Below, one piece after another: positions 1-8,519 of a stretch of DNA of 43,130 nucleotides. Under the pieces are notes generated by a model that was given only the letters and a program-made list of their open reading frames with translations, ran no database searches and was not told the origin of the DNA. The translations under genes and the position numbers were made by a program. Each line of letters begins with the position of its first letter. The stretch's first letter is position 1. Origin of the DNA: a virus (lineage: Duplodnaviria; Caudoviricetes); IMG/VR virus record IMGVR_UViG_3300037313_000786, positions 1-43,130 of that record; one strand, given 5' to 3'.

Positions 1-127
1 GCCAAGCGCAATGGAAGCGGCACACACTTTACCGCCGACGAGCTTGACCTGCTGTGGCGCTGGGGCGTGATGGAGCTTGTGCTGCGCGAGGAGCTAGAGG
101 AATTGCAATGTCACGAGAGGAAAAGCG
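1..127. repeat. Terminal direct repeat, copy 1 (circular assembly overlap)
   Basis: Identical to 43004-43130. Confidence 0.95.
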
Positions 128-249
128 CCTCTATACCGTCGGGCCATTCTGGCTTGCCGAGCGGGCTGAATCGCCATTCCTCCAGATCAGGTGGTATGAC
201 GAGCGAGCAAAGGTCACTCGCAGCAAAAGCACTCGTCGCCGGACGCTAG
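1..249 (+). CDS. 3' part of a putative excisionase-like ORF that starts at 42968 and wraps the origin
   Basis: Open frame MSAQHLANKFRRAKRNGSGTHFTADELDLLWRWGVMELV... overlapping the integrase 5' end; function inferred from position. Confidence 0.5.
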   Translation, partial: AKRNGSGTHFTADELDLLWRWGVMELVLREELEELQCHERKSASIPSGHSGLPSGLNRHSSRSGGMTSEQRSLAAKALVAGR

Positions 250-1310
250 ACGATGCAATCCCGGTCATCCTCGCGCACAACGAAGCGGCAAGGGCCAAGC
301 AGCGGCAAGAGCCTGACGAAGCGCTCGCGGTCGCCATGTTCCTTCAGTTCTGGAAAGAACGCGGCAAGACGCGCAGAAATGCAGCTACGGTTGCTAGTTC
401 TCTCCGCATATTCATGGCGTTCCTCGACCAGGACGAGGCCGGGATGGGAGTAGCGGTCGCCGGCCTCGACAAGAACCTGTTCGAGCGCTTCATCGCGTGG
501 CGCGAGGAGCCGCACAGCTATTCGATCGAATGGATGGGGAAGGTTTACGCTCACAGCTCGGATGGCGTGAGCGGAGAGGCCATCCAGCGGAACCTGGACG
601 ACGTTAGGGCGGCGCTGAACTATGCCGTTGGCAAGCAATTGCCGTGGGCTCCCAAGGTGCCCGCCGTGGCGCTGGAAAAGCGATCTCCGCCGCGCGACGT
701 GACGCTCACCATTGACCAGCTAGGCGCAATCGTCGCCTACGCCTGTTACGACATTGAGGCGCTGCGCTGGGTGCTCGGCATGATCGCGACGGCGGCAAGG
801 CCGGACGCGGTTCTCAAGTGGAACGCCGGCAAGCAGTGGAAGGGCGAACCGAACCTCGACACGCATCCGTTTGGCGAGCCCAAGACGAAGAAGCGCAACG
901 CAGTTGTTCCGCTCATCCCCGAGTTCGTGCCGTGGCTAGAAGCCTGGAAAGCGAACCCGCACAAGCCAGTCAGGAGCCGCAAGCGCTGGTGGCGGACGAT
1001 GCGGGCCGCACTCGGCTTGCCGGAGAACATCGTTCCCAAGACGATCCGCCACACCATCGCGACGCAGTTGCGCTCCAGAGGCGTGCCGCTGGATGAGATC
1101 GCAGGGCTGCTCGGCCACACTGGCGAGCACCGGATCACGGCGGGCTATGCCAAGTATGATCCGAACCGCCTTCCCCATGCAAAGCAACATCTTAGCGCGA
1201 TTTGGCAGGAGGTTTGTGCAGCTGCTCACAAGTGGCACACGAATCACTTTCGAATCACTCCCGCATATGGACAGCCGATTGAGGTTGCGCGGAAGCTAGA
1301 AAATGTATAG
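108..1310 (+). CDS. int: Tyrosine integrase
   Basis: Catalytic motifs AARP, KTIRH, LLGH and GY; adjacent to attP; ATG 108 follows GAGG. Confidence 0.92.
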   Translation: MSREEKRLYTVGPFWLAERAESPFLQIRWYDERAKVTRSKSTRRRTLDDAIPVILAHNEAARAKQRQEPDEALAVAMFLQFWKERGKTRRNAATVASSLRIFMAFLDQDEAGMGVAVAGLDKNLFERFIAWREEPHSYSIEWMGKVYAHSSDGVSGEAIQRNLDDVRAALNYAVGKQLPWAPKVPAVALEKRSPPRDVTLTIDQLGAIVAYACYDIEALRWVLGMIATAARPDAVLKWNAGKQWKGEPNLDTHPFGEPKTKKRNAVVPLIPEFVPWLEAWKANPHKPVRSRKRWWRTMRAALGLPENIVPKTIRHTIATQLRSRGVPLDEIAGLLGHTGEHRITAGYAKYDPNRLPHAKQHLSAIWQEVCAAAHKWHTNHFRITPAYGQPIEVARKLENV

Positions 1311-1480
1311 GATTTCTGCGACTTTCGGGATGGTGGGCGGTGACGGGCTCGAACCGCCGACCCTCTCGGTGTAAACGGGAGGAAATGCACCAGTGCGCTC
1401 TAACTGCGACTTGGACGAAGCGCGAACGGATGGGGAGCAAAGCGAAACTCCGGCCGATTTTCGTGTCAGTTTCGAATCAC
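1240..1480. other. attP arm-type integrase binding repeats
   Basis: CGAATCACT at 1240 and 1251; TTTCGAATCAC at 1248 and 1470, flanking the core. Confidence 0.6.
1331..1377 (-). other. attP: attP core = 3' half of tRNA-Val(TAC)
   Basis: Reverse complement GTTTACACCGAGAGGGTCGGCGGTTCGAGCCCGTCACCGCCCACCA gives anticodon loop, T arm and CCA; no 5' acceptor strand. Confidence 0.9.
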
Positions 1481-1572
1481 AGCCGCCGCGCAATAGCGAG
1501 GGTCGGCTTCCTTATTACGTGCACCAGCTTCAGCGCTGCGAATACTACAGCGGGTTCCTCGACGAGGCCAAT

Positions 1573-2151
1573 ATGTCGATCGACGAGATGCGGGCACTAT
1601 ATGAGGAGCTGACGAACTACTTCGGCGTCTGCGACTATGAGACTTTCCCGCTGCCGTGCACGGGGCTCCCTGGATATCTCAATAAGCACTACGACCGCGA
1701 CAGCGAAGTGGCGAAGCTGCTTTTGCTTGGCATCGAGTATGTGGGCGCGGCGATCCGCAATGAGCGCAAGACGATGCACAATCGCTGGCGCGAGGCGCGG
1801 AATCTGATTGGGGAGATTGAGGGCCGCGGGCGGGAATTTGTCTATCGGCAGGAAGCCGAAGAACATACCGGCGCTGATGAGGTTCGGGATGAGAAGCCGC
1901 AGCTCGTATATTTCATCGCCTCCGAGTCCGGCCCGATCAAGATCGGCATCGCGACTAATCCGAAATCACGGCTGAGCGGCCTTCAGACGGGCCACCATGA
2001 AAGGCTGGAGCTGTTGGCAATCTGCGATGGCGGCATGGACCAGGAGCGCGCCTATCACAAGCAGTTCACTGATCGTCGCCTCCACGGCGAATGGTTCGAG
2101 CGCTGCCCCGAGATCGAAGCTGAAATCGAAAGGCTCAACCGTCATGGATAG
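1573..2151 (+). CDS. GIY-YIG (T5orf172/MUG113-like) nuclease domain protein
   Basis: VYFI...IKIGIATNP..RL..LQTG...E...H...GEWF. Confidence 0.8.
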   Translation: MSIDEMRALYEELTNYFGVCDYETFPLPCTGLPGYLNKHYDRDSEVAKLLLLGIEYVGAAIRNERKTMHNRWREARNLIGEIEGRGREFVYRQEAEEHTGADEVRDEKPQLVYFIASESGPIKIGIATNPKSRLSGLQTGHHERLELLAICDGGMDQERAYHKQFTDRRLHGEWFERCPEIEAEIERLNRHG

Positions 2152-2245
2152 ACGAGAGGATACGATACAGGGACCATTACGCATGTCATGTGCGAGAAGG
2201 TCTGTCCCACCCAGCACCAGTATCGGAGAACGGGATGACGCGCCC
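2152..2245 (-). repeat. Possible diverged copy (G) of the dispersed structured element
   Basis: Reverse complement begins GGGCG, ends TATCCTCTCGT, internal stems CGATAC/GTATCG and GGGAC/GTCCC. Confidence 0.35.
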
Positions 2246-2261
2246 ACCAAGGAGTTCCCTC

Positions 2262-2453
2262 ATGGATAGACAATCTCAATCGGTGGAGGATGAAGCGCGC
2301 ATCAAACAAGCTTGGGCCAACTTCGTGAACTGCCAAGACGATATGTATTTCGGCAACCGAACGAAGATGGAAAAGCAATTAGCTGTGCTTCGTCGCCTCG
2401 TTGCAGACGCCCGCGCATCCCATCACTCAACCCCTGGAGACGAGAGGGAATAG
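2262..2453 (+). CDS. Hypothetical protein
   Basis: AAGGAG RBS before ATG. Confidence 0.6.
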   Translation: MDRQSQSVEDEARIKQAWANFVNCQDDMYFGNRTKMEKQLAVLRRLVADARASHHSTPGDERE

Positions 2454-2455
2454 CG

Positions 2456-2668
2456 ATGGGTGACAAACCAGCGCTTTGGGAAAAGATGCGGGCGCTCGCC
2501 GACGATCATGTGCGGGGCGATGAATTGCGCGCCAAGGCTGACGAATTGGAGACGAAAGCGACGGGATACTACAGCGACCCGCCAACGGTGGAGGCCAAGA
2601 GCTTCCTCGGTGCATGGGCACGCGCCCGCCGTCTGTGGTGCGATTGCACCGGAGACTCGCTGATCTAG
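2456..2668 (+). CDS. Hypothetical protein
   Basis: RBS, coupled to neighbours. Confidence 0.65.
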   Translation: MGDKPALWEKMRALADDHVRGDELRAKADELETKATGYYSDPPTVEAKSFLGAWARARRLWCDCTGDSLI

Positions 2669-2685
2669 TCGGGGAGACAATAGCA

Positions 2686-3129
2686 ATGGATGAGACGAGG
2701 GTGGAGCGCGAGGCTGAGCGCATCGTTGCGGAGAACATTGACGCGTGGGGCTGGGGTCCGCTCGATGAGATCGAAGGTCTGTCGGAGCATGTGTTGGCCG
2801 TCAAAGCGGTGAAGGCTGGACTGCTCACCCGCCCCACCGACCCCGGCGAGGATAAGGTTGAGGTGGTTGCGCCAATCGACATGATGCTGTTCTGCCCGAA
2901 ATGCGGCTTGCAGCACATTGACGCGCCGGATGAGCGAACCCCCGATTGGACGAACCCGCCGCATCGCTCGCACCTGTGTCACGGCTGCGGCTGCATCTGG
3001 CGTCCGGCTGACGTTCCGACGAACGGTGTGGCGGCTATCCAGACACGCGGCTCGAAGGACACTGTGTTCTATAACAGCGCCGCAATCGCAGCAATGGGAC
3101 ACACCCCACCATCAGGAGAGGATGGATGA
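2686..3129 (+). CDS. Zn-finger-like phage protein
   Basis: CPKC..QH and HLCHGCG motifs; GGAG RBS. Confidence 0.7.
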   Translation: MDETRVEREAERIVAENIDAWGWGPLDEIEGLSEHVLAVKAVKAGLLTRPTDPGEDKVEVVAPIDMMLFCPKCGLQHIDAPDERTPDWTNPPHRSHLCHGCGCIWRPADVPTNGVAAIQTRGSKDTVFYNSAAIAAMGHTPPSGEDG

Positions 3130-3136
3130 AGGATAT

Positions 3137-3216
3137 GGGCACTTTATCCGGCTCTCGTGCTTCGCACGGAACCTCAATCTTCGTTTAGTTTCCGCCTATC
3201 GGCTTCGATCCGGGGC
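3137..3216 (+). repeat. Dispersed structured element copy D (partly decayed)
   Basis: GGCTCTCGT..CAATCTTCGTT..GGCTTCGATCC shared with copy C. Confidence 0.7.
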
Positions 3217-3536
3217 AGGGTCTTGGCGCGCTCCAGCAACGCCAGCGCGGTCAACTGAAGCTCCTTCGGGCTCACTTCCTGCCTCTTCTTCGTCAGTCGC
3301 TTGTGAACCAGCATTGATGATGTGACACCGGCAGCGCCACTCAAGCCATAGGTGAGCGCGGCAATCCAGCTCATGTCACGGAACAGCGCGCCCCAGAGCG
3401 TTGTCTGCGATAGGGCGATGAGGAAGCTGCCACATGCCGCCAGGCCAAAGTTGCCGTGGTTCACGCATCGGCTCTGGAAGCCGAGCAGAAACACGCTCCC
3501 GTATCCAGCGGCGAAGATCAGCAGCAGGTGCGTCAT
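3174..3536 (-). CDS. Membrane protein (about 3 TM segments)
   Basis: Hydrophobic segments; ATGA overlap with upstream gene. Confidence 0.7.
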   Translation of the reverse strand: MTHLLLIFAAGYGSVFLLGFQSRCVNHGNFGLAACGSFLIALSQTTLWGALFRDMSWIAALTYGLSGAAGVTSSMLVHKRLTKKRQEVSPKELQLTALALLERAKTLPRIEADRRKLNED

Positions 3537-3826
3537 CGCTCCAGCGCGGCCTTCGCCCAGCCCTCGTTGCGTTCGAGCCTCTGGACGATCAGCGTGGCGT
3601 ATCCGGCGATATCACGCCAACTGTCGTCATACTCCGGATCGCCTTTCAGGATGCGGCTGATCTTGGTCGCAATCATCTCCAACGCCGATTTGCTGTCATC
3701 GTGGAGCGAAGCCCAATTCGGGCTGTCGTGCATCGCGCGCTTGATGTTCTGTTCGATACGGCCCTGATCGGCGAAGCTGCCGTAGCGTGAGCCGCGTTGC
3801 GCGAGGGTTTCGTTGATATTGCTCAT
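3533..3826 (-). CDS. DUF6378-like phage protein
   Basis: RG.RYG.F...KISRIL.GD....DSWRDIAGYA. Confidence 0.8.
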   Translation of the reverse strand: MSNINETLAQRGSRYGSFADQGRIEQNIKRAMHDSPNWASLHDDSKSALEMIATKISRILKGDPEYDDSWRDIAGYATLIVQRLERNEGWAKAALER

Positions 3827-4935
3827 GCTGCCTCCTTGAGCATGTCAGGATTTGCCGTGGAGCGTCCGACCTCACCGAACACCTTGTGATAGGTCACAGC
3901 CGTTGCCGATCGCATCGCGTGCCACCCGCCTCTCGCCGCATAGGCGTCTCTCGCGGCCAGCGTCGGATGCTGGAACACCACCATCCCGGAATGCTCTTTC
4001 TCTTCCAGGTGGTGCCGGTGTCCGGTGTGGCAATAACGCTTGGTCGTCCGGCCCCACTCGGGAGCGAACTGCGCCGCGAACATCAACGGCAGCTGGTCGT
4101 TCTTCTTCAGGTGCCCGTGGTGAAACGCGAGCAGGGTGTTGCCCCATTCAAGGGCGTAATACGGCAGGGGAGATTGCTCGACGGTGATCCGCGGCTCTTT
4201 CTCATAGAGCGCTGCGAACATCTGCCGGAGCCATACGGAAGAGGCGAGATCGTGGTTGCCTTCCGCGAGGATCACATGGACGCGGGGATGCTTCTCAAGC
4301 GCCATGTCCACGACACGCCGGAGAATGCGGATCGCGACCGCGACAACCTTCTCAAAGCGCCCGTCCGCATCGAGCAGGTGGCGGGAAGCCGGGGTGACGG
4401 CTTCGAGCCCGTCCCAATGGAGGAAGTCTCCGAGCTGGTTGACGATCCCCAACTGGCTTGCCGGCGAGGCTTCGATCATGTGGCGGAAGCAGCCCAGGAG
4501 CGTGTCCTCGGCGATCTCCAGATCCCAATCGTCGCCGCCTTCCTTGCGCCAGGCCAAGGCACCCACATGGCAATCCGTGAGGGTATAGACGGTGCACAGC
4601 TGGCCGTTGTAGATCGTCGGCGGGGCGACTGCCTCTGTTCGGGGAAGCTCGGCTGCCAGTGCCGCGTAAGCCGCCTGTTGCGCTTGTGCCTGTTGCTGGC
4701 GGTCGAGACTTTCCTTGACCCACTCCATCACCGGCTCGCCAGTGCGGAGATCGGTCAGGGTGGAACGGCCCGTGACGACCATTCCCGATTGCCTGCGCCG
4801 CGCTTCGTTGACACGGGATTGCAGGGTGGCGCGGTTTATGCCTTCCGCCGAAGCGGCTGCACTGATCGAACCGTATTGCGCGACTAGCCTAAGCGCTTCG
4901 TCGCACAGCTCTTGACTGAGTGGAGGTGTCGGCAA
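3823..4935 (-). CDS. N-terminal HTH plus calcineurin-like metallophosphoesterase
   Basis: DCH, GD, GNHD, HHG and GHRH motifs; HTH segment GSISAAA...INRATL. Confidence 0.8.
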   Translation of the reverse strand: MPTPPLSQELCDEALRLVAQYGSISAAASAEGINRATLQSRVNEARRRQSGMVVTGRSTLTDLRTGEPVMEWVKESLDRQQQAQAQQAAYAALAAELPRTEAVAPPTIYNGQLCTVYTLTDCHVGALAWRKEGGDDWDLEIAEDTLLGCFRHMIEASPASQLGIVNQLGDFLHWDGLEAVTPASRHLLDADGRFEKVVAVAIRILRRVVDMALEKHPRVHVILAEGNHDLASSVWLRQMFAALYEKEPRITVEQSPLPYYALEWGNTLLAFHHGHLKKNDQLPLMFAAQFAPEWGRTTKRYCHTGHRHHLEEKEHSGMVVFQHPTLAARDAYAARGGWHAMRSATAVTYHKVFGEVGRSTANPDMLKEAA

Positions 4936-4958
4936 AGCATATATCCCCCGCCTTCAGC

Positions 4959-5120
4959 CTACTTCGGCTGAGGCTCCCGCAGTTCGATTAATCTCCACGC
5001 CAGCCGGTAGAGGAACTGGCTTGTCGCGTAGCAGGCGCTCTCGAAGCGGGAGAGCGGACCCAGTGCATCGGGAACACCGCGCTCAATCTGGTCGCCGATC
5101 CAGAGGATGACGCGGATCAC
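4959..5120 (-). CDS. Small hypothetical protein (53 aa, not in ORF track)
   Basis: GTGA overlap; MIRVILWIGDQ...ELREPQPK. Confidence 0.55.
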   Translation of the reverse strand: MIRVILWIGDQIERGVPDALGPLSRFESACYATSQFLYRLAWRLIELREPQPK

Positions 5121-5317
5121 TTGGCAGGCTCCCGCAGTTGTTCAAAATACTCGATGGCCGGGGCGATCAGTCCGTCTGCAAACCGGCGCTGATCGATCAC
5201 CCGTTCGGCCATTAGATGGGCGTATGCGTGGCGCAGCTGGGCAATATGGAAGTCAAGACCAAGACCCATTTCGTCGGGATCGAACACGCTTCCGCGATGC
5301 TTATTTGGCTGGGGCAC
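5117..5317 (-). CDS. Small hypothetical protein
   Basis: Coupled ORF in the late operon. Confidence 0.6.
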   Translation of the reverse strand: MPQPNKHRGSVFDPDEMGLGLDFHIAQLRHAYAHLMAERVIDQRRFADGLIAPAIEYFEQLREPAK

Positions 5318-5771
5318 GACAGCCCTCCAGAATCGTCTGCAAGCCTTCGCCCCAGGCGCGCAGGCGTATCGCGCTACCGGAGATGATACCGATGTCTGAA
5401 TCCGCGTGGCCGGTGAGCTGGCTGTGAACCTTGGGGGGCTCGGCAGGGAGCTGCTGGTCGTGTGTCAGGCAATAGGTGCTGACGTAGCGGACGTGGGGAG
5501 CGCAGGCGGTGAGGGCCAAGCCAACGAGTGCAATTTTTGCACAAGTTCGAAAGGTGAGCGCGGGCCGGACTCGACACCGGCTAGACGTGAGCGAGGTCCG
5601 GTCCCTACATCGCCATCCGGCGACAGTAACGGGCCGTTCGCACAAGCCGCCATACAGCCGCTCACGCTTTAGACGGATAGCGTGTCCATCCACGCCGCCG
5701 CGCTCTTGTGCAGGAACTACCCCGGCCTTCGCCGGATCGCACTTGCCCATTTGACCTAGCGCAATTTTCAT
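5301..5771 (-). CDS. o-spanin (Rz1-like lipoprotein) with an in-frame insert in its signal peptide
   Basis: Lipobox LALTAC, Pro-rich mature part, downstream of i-spanin; start codon uncertain. Confidence 0.65.
   Translation of the reverse strand: MKIALGQMGKCDPAKAGVVPAQERGGVDGHAIRLKRERLYGGLCERPVTVAGWRCRDRTSLTSSRCRVRPALTFRTCAKIALVGLALTACAPHVRYVSTYCLTHDQQLPAEPPKVHSQLTGHADSDIGIISGSAIRLRAWGEGLQTILEGCRAPAK
5553..5705 (-). ncRNA. tRNA-like structured element
   Basis: 8-bp acceptor-like stem GAGCGCGG/CCGCGCTC plus ACC, D-like arm GCGTG-GATGGA-CACGC, T-like arm GCCGG-TGTCGAGT-CCGGC, long central arm. Confidence 0.65.
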
Positions 5772-5779
5772 GCTAGCGC
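5751..5779 (+). promoter_or_regulatory. Putative sigma70 promoter for tRNA-Gly
   Basis: TTGACC-N15-GCTAGCGC, about 20 bp upstream of the tRNA. Confidence 0.5.
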
Positions 5780-5800
5780 AAGTCCTTCGCTGTTGATTTA

Positions 5801-5876
5801 GCGGGCAAGCACACGGGTTGTGTCGCGCGCCTTCCAAGCGCTGCTGAGTGGGGTTCGACTCCCCCTGTCCGCTCCA
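5801..5876 (+). tRNA. tRNA-Gly(TCC), atypical
   Basis: GCGGGCA/TGTCCGC acceptor, U discriminator plus CCA, loop CTTCCAA, GGTTCGACTCC; lacks U8 and has stem mismatches. Confidence 0.85.
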
Positions 5877-5993
5877 ACATTTCGGAGGTCGAATGACGCC
5901 CATTGATGCACTGTCGTTCGCTGGTATCTTGGCGTGCGCATTCGCAAACGGGTTCATGTGCGCTCACGTCATTTTCCATAGGAAGCGAAATCA

Positions 5994-6359
5994 TCACAAG
6001 TCCGCCTGAAGCACTTCGGGCTTCGTCTTACATCCTTGCGGAACTGGCGCAGTCTCAACGACTCTCGCTCTATCCTCCGCATCATGGATGACTCGGGTGA
6101 CGACCCTCATGTTGTCGCGTGTCACTTGACGCTGGACATCGCGCCTGGATGATATCGCATCGAGCTGGGCCTTGTATCCGTCCCGCTGCGCTCGGTAGGA
6201 ATCCCGGTCATGCCGTGCATCGGCAAGTGTAAAGTGCACCACGACAATAACACAGGCGAGCGCAAGGCTGACCAGCTGCCAGAAGCTGCGGTGTGCGAGC
6301 CACGTTATAACAGACGTTCCAACACGCTTGGCGAGCGTGAGAAGGGCGATCCAAGCCAT
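5994..6359 (-). CDS. i-spanin (Rz-like)
   Basis: N-terminal TM, coiled coil, C-terminal Cys. Confidence 0.7.
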   Translation of the reverse strand: MAWIALLTLAKRVGTSVITWLAHRSFWQLVSLALACVIVVVHFTLADARHDRDSYRAQRDGYKAQLDAISSRRDVQRQVTRDNMRVVTRVIHDAEDRARVVETAPVPQGCKTKPEVLQADL

Positions 6360-7909
6360 CAGCGCACCGGCGTCTGCGGAATGGTCGAGATCGGCACGAG
6401 GCGCGGATTAGCGAGCCCCGTCCACGGCATCTCCTGCTTCATGCTCGTGCCGTTGCCGAGGTTTGCGCTCGAACAGCTCAGCAAGCCGTTGATGCAGTTG
6501 TCCATCCAGGTCTTTTCGACCGTGTTGTCCCAGGCCCCGAACCAGTCCGCATGGAAGGTGTATCCGGCGGGGTGCCCTGGTGCCATCGCGTCCGAGCTGA
6601 ACGACCATTGGCTGACATCATCGCCAACCTCGACCTTATACCAAGCCTGGAGCGTGAAGGCCGGTATGACGTAAGGGTGTGCGGCGTCGCACTTGAGATA
6701 CCCCCAACTGCCATAATCCGCGTAGCCAACGTGACTGCGGTGATCGGGGCTGTCGAGGTTCTTGCCGTCCCAGCAGGTTGGGGCCAGGATGATCGCGCCG
6801 ATGCGGTTGCCGGCGGGGCAGTGCGCCGCAACCTCGGGGATACTGTTGTAACGACCGGGCTGGGCTGTCGGCCCGTCGCAATTGAACCAGGCGGAGCCAG
6901 TCCTTGCCGAGTTCATTCCGGTGGGGTCCCAGCCGAAGATGAAGCGGAGACCGTTGGGAAGCGGGGAAGCCTTGCCTTGGTAGAATTTCGCCGTTGGATC
7001 GCTGACCACCGGATCGCTGACCGGGCGGCGCTTGTAGTAGATCGCGACATAATCAGGGCGGATGACGTTGCCCTTGCCGTCCAGCAGTGCGGGCATCCAG
7101 TAGCCGGAACGGTTTCCGCGATTGACGCAGGTGCTCTGGCCGCTCGTACGCAGGCTATTGTAGGTCGAATAAGCGTTGGCCGACGTGTTGCCGTAGAACT
7201 GGTGAAGGTGCGACTTGCCCGGTTGCCCTGGAAAGACGATCGGATCGTCGGCCAAGACCTGTCCCGCCTGACACAGAAAGCGGAACGCGCCTTCGAGGTC
7301 TGCCGCCGCGCTGCCGGGAATCGGCGCTCCGCTCTGGATGATGGTCGAAAGATCGAAGTCTGACGGGATCGCCGCGAGTCCGGGCGGGGCGTTGAACGCA
7401 GGCTCTCCGTTCGGGCCGATCAGGATTGGGGGGCACGTCTCCGTTGCAAGGATCACCGATCCATCGGAACACGTCTGCGTTGGAGGCGGAGCAATATCGT
7501 TATCGAGGATGGTCACCGTCCCGCACGCCAATGCTCCGGTGGTTCCGGAAACCGCCTTGGCGCACACCTGCTGCGCGCGTGTTCCATTCACGTCGCTGTC
7601 ATCCACCGTGGGGATGCTGAGCGTTGCCGGAGTCTTGGTGGTGAGCGTGACGGAGCCGGACTGAGAACCGGTGGTCCATTGCACCGTGACCGGCCTTCCG
7701 TTGCCGCCCGAGAGGCTGACGATGGGACGAGCGACCTGCCCCTCGGTCACGGAAACGCTGGACACGCGGAGCATCGTCGGCTTGCCCGCCATGACCTGAA
7801 GATCGCCCGTCGAGACAGGCGCGCTCACGGGGCCAGCGGAATTGCTGAACTTATCCCCGCCAGTGCAGGCGGCGAGCAGGAGCGTGGCGGCAAGGATCAG
7901 CTTGCGCAT
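6359..7909 (-). CDS. DUF1996-domain lipoprotein with Calx-beta-like N-terminal part
   Basis: Lipobox LLAAC; DDPIVFPG..SHLHQF.GN, CWDGKNLDSPDHRSH and HADWF..WD motifs. Confidence 0.85.
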   Translation of the reverse strand: MRKLILAATLLLAACTGGDKFSNSAGPVSAPVSTGDLQVMAGKPTMLRVSSVSVTEGQVARPIVSLSGGNGRPVTVQWTTGSQSGSVTLTTKTPATLSIPTVDDSDVNGTRAQQVCAKAVSGTTGALACGTVTILDNDIAPPPTQTCSDGSVILATETCPPILIGPNGEPAFNAPPGLAAIPSDFDLSTIIQSGAPIPGSAAADLEGAFRFLCQAGQVLADDPIVFPGQPGKSHLHQFYGNTSANAYSTYNSLRTSGQSTCVNRGNRSGYWMPALLDGKGNVIRPDYVAIYYKRRPVSDPVVSDPTAKFYQGKASPLPNGLRFIFGWDPTGMNSARTGSAWFNCDGPTAQPGRYNSIPEVAAHCPAGNRIGAIILAPTCWDGKNLDSPDHRSHVGYADYGSWGYLKCDAAHPYVIPAFTLQAWYKVEVGDDVSQWSFSSDAMAPGHPAGYTFHADWFGAWDNTVEKTWMDNCINGLLSCSSANLGNGTSMKQEMPWTGLANPRLVPISTIPQTPVR

Positions 7910-7922
7910 GAAATCTCTCCGA

Positions 7923-8504
7923 TCAGACGATGTTCTGGCAGAGCGAGGTCTGCCGAAGGTCGCGGCTGAAGCTCAGCCCCGAATAAGGACGGAACGCGTT
8001 CACAACCCCGACCGCTTCTCCGCGAGCGTTCATCACGAGCCCGCCCGACATGCCGGGAATGACGGTATATGCCCCGATCAGTTCGCGCTGGCCGTTGTCG
8101 CCGAACGCTTCCGTGACGCGCATGGTCACGCGGGTCTGGAACGGCAGGCCCATCGCATAGCCGTAAGCCCAGACGAACTGGCCTGGGTGCATCCCTGCGC
8201 AGCTGATCTTGACCGGGACGTGCCGGTTGGACGCGACGATCAGGCGGGAAAAGTCCTCCGCCCCGTTCTGTTCGAGGACGGCAATCGGCTGCCCGTCGAT
8301 CTCGCAATCGTGCATCGCCGTGACGTGCGCGACGGAAATCCATTGGCCCGCGATCTGGACTGCCGAGCCAGAGCCTTCCTTGCACGTTACCATGCGCACC
8401 GATGGGTGTTCCGCGAAGGTGCGTTCGTCATCGATCTCCGGGGAGGCAGAGACGAGCGACAGCGCGACACCGGCAAGCGCCAGCGCCTTTGGCACAACAG
8501 GCAT
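7923..8504 (-). CDS. Exported trypsin-like serine protease
   Basis: Signal peptide; SVAHV, EDF and PGMSGG triad motifs. Confidence 0.85.
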   Translation of the reverse strand: MPVVPKALALAGVALSLVSASPEIDDERTFAEHPSVRMVTCKEGSGSAVQIAGQWISVAHVTAMHDCEIDGQPIAVLEQNGAEDFSRLIVASNRHVPVKISCAGMHPGQFVWAYGYAMGLPFQTRVTMRVTEAFGDNGQRELIGAYTVIPGMSGGLVMNARGEAVGVVNAFRPYSGLSFSRDLRQTSLCQNIV

Positions 8505-8519
8505 GTGGATTTCCCCCCG

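Noticed and set aside
1331-1410. Complete tRNA-Val gene
   Set aside because: No 5' acceptor strand pairs with the 3' end; it is the attP core
3886-4887. 333-aa plus-strand ORF
   Set aside because: Antisense shadow of the phosphoesterase gene
5773-5997. ORF 5773-5997 and the N-terminal part of ORF 5301-5957
   Set aside because: Largely translation of the tRNA-Gly antisense strand
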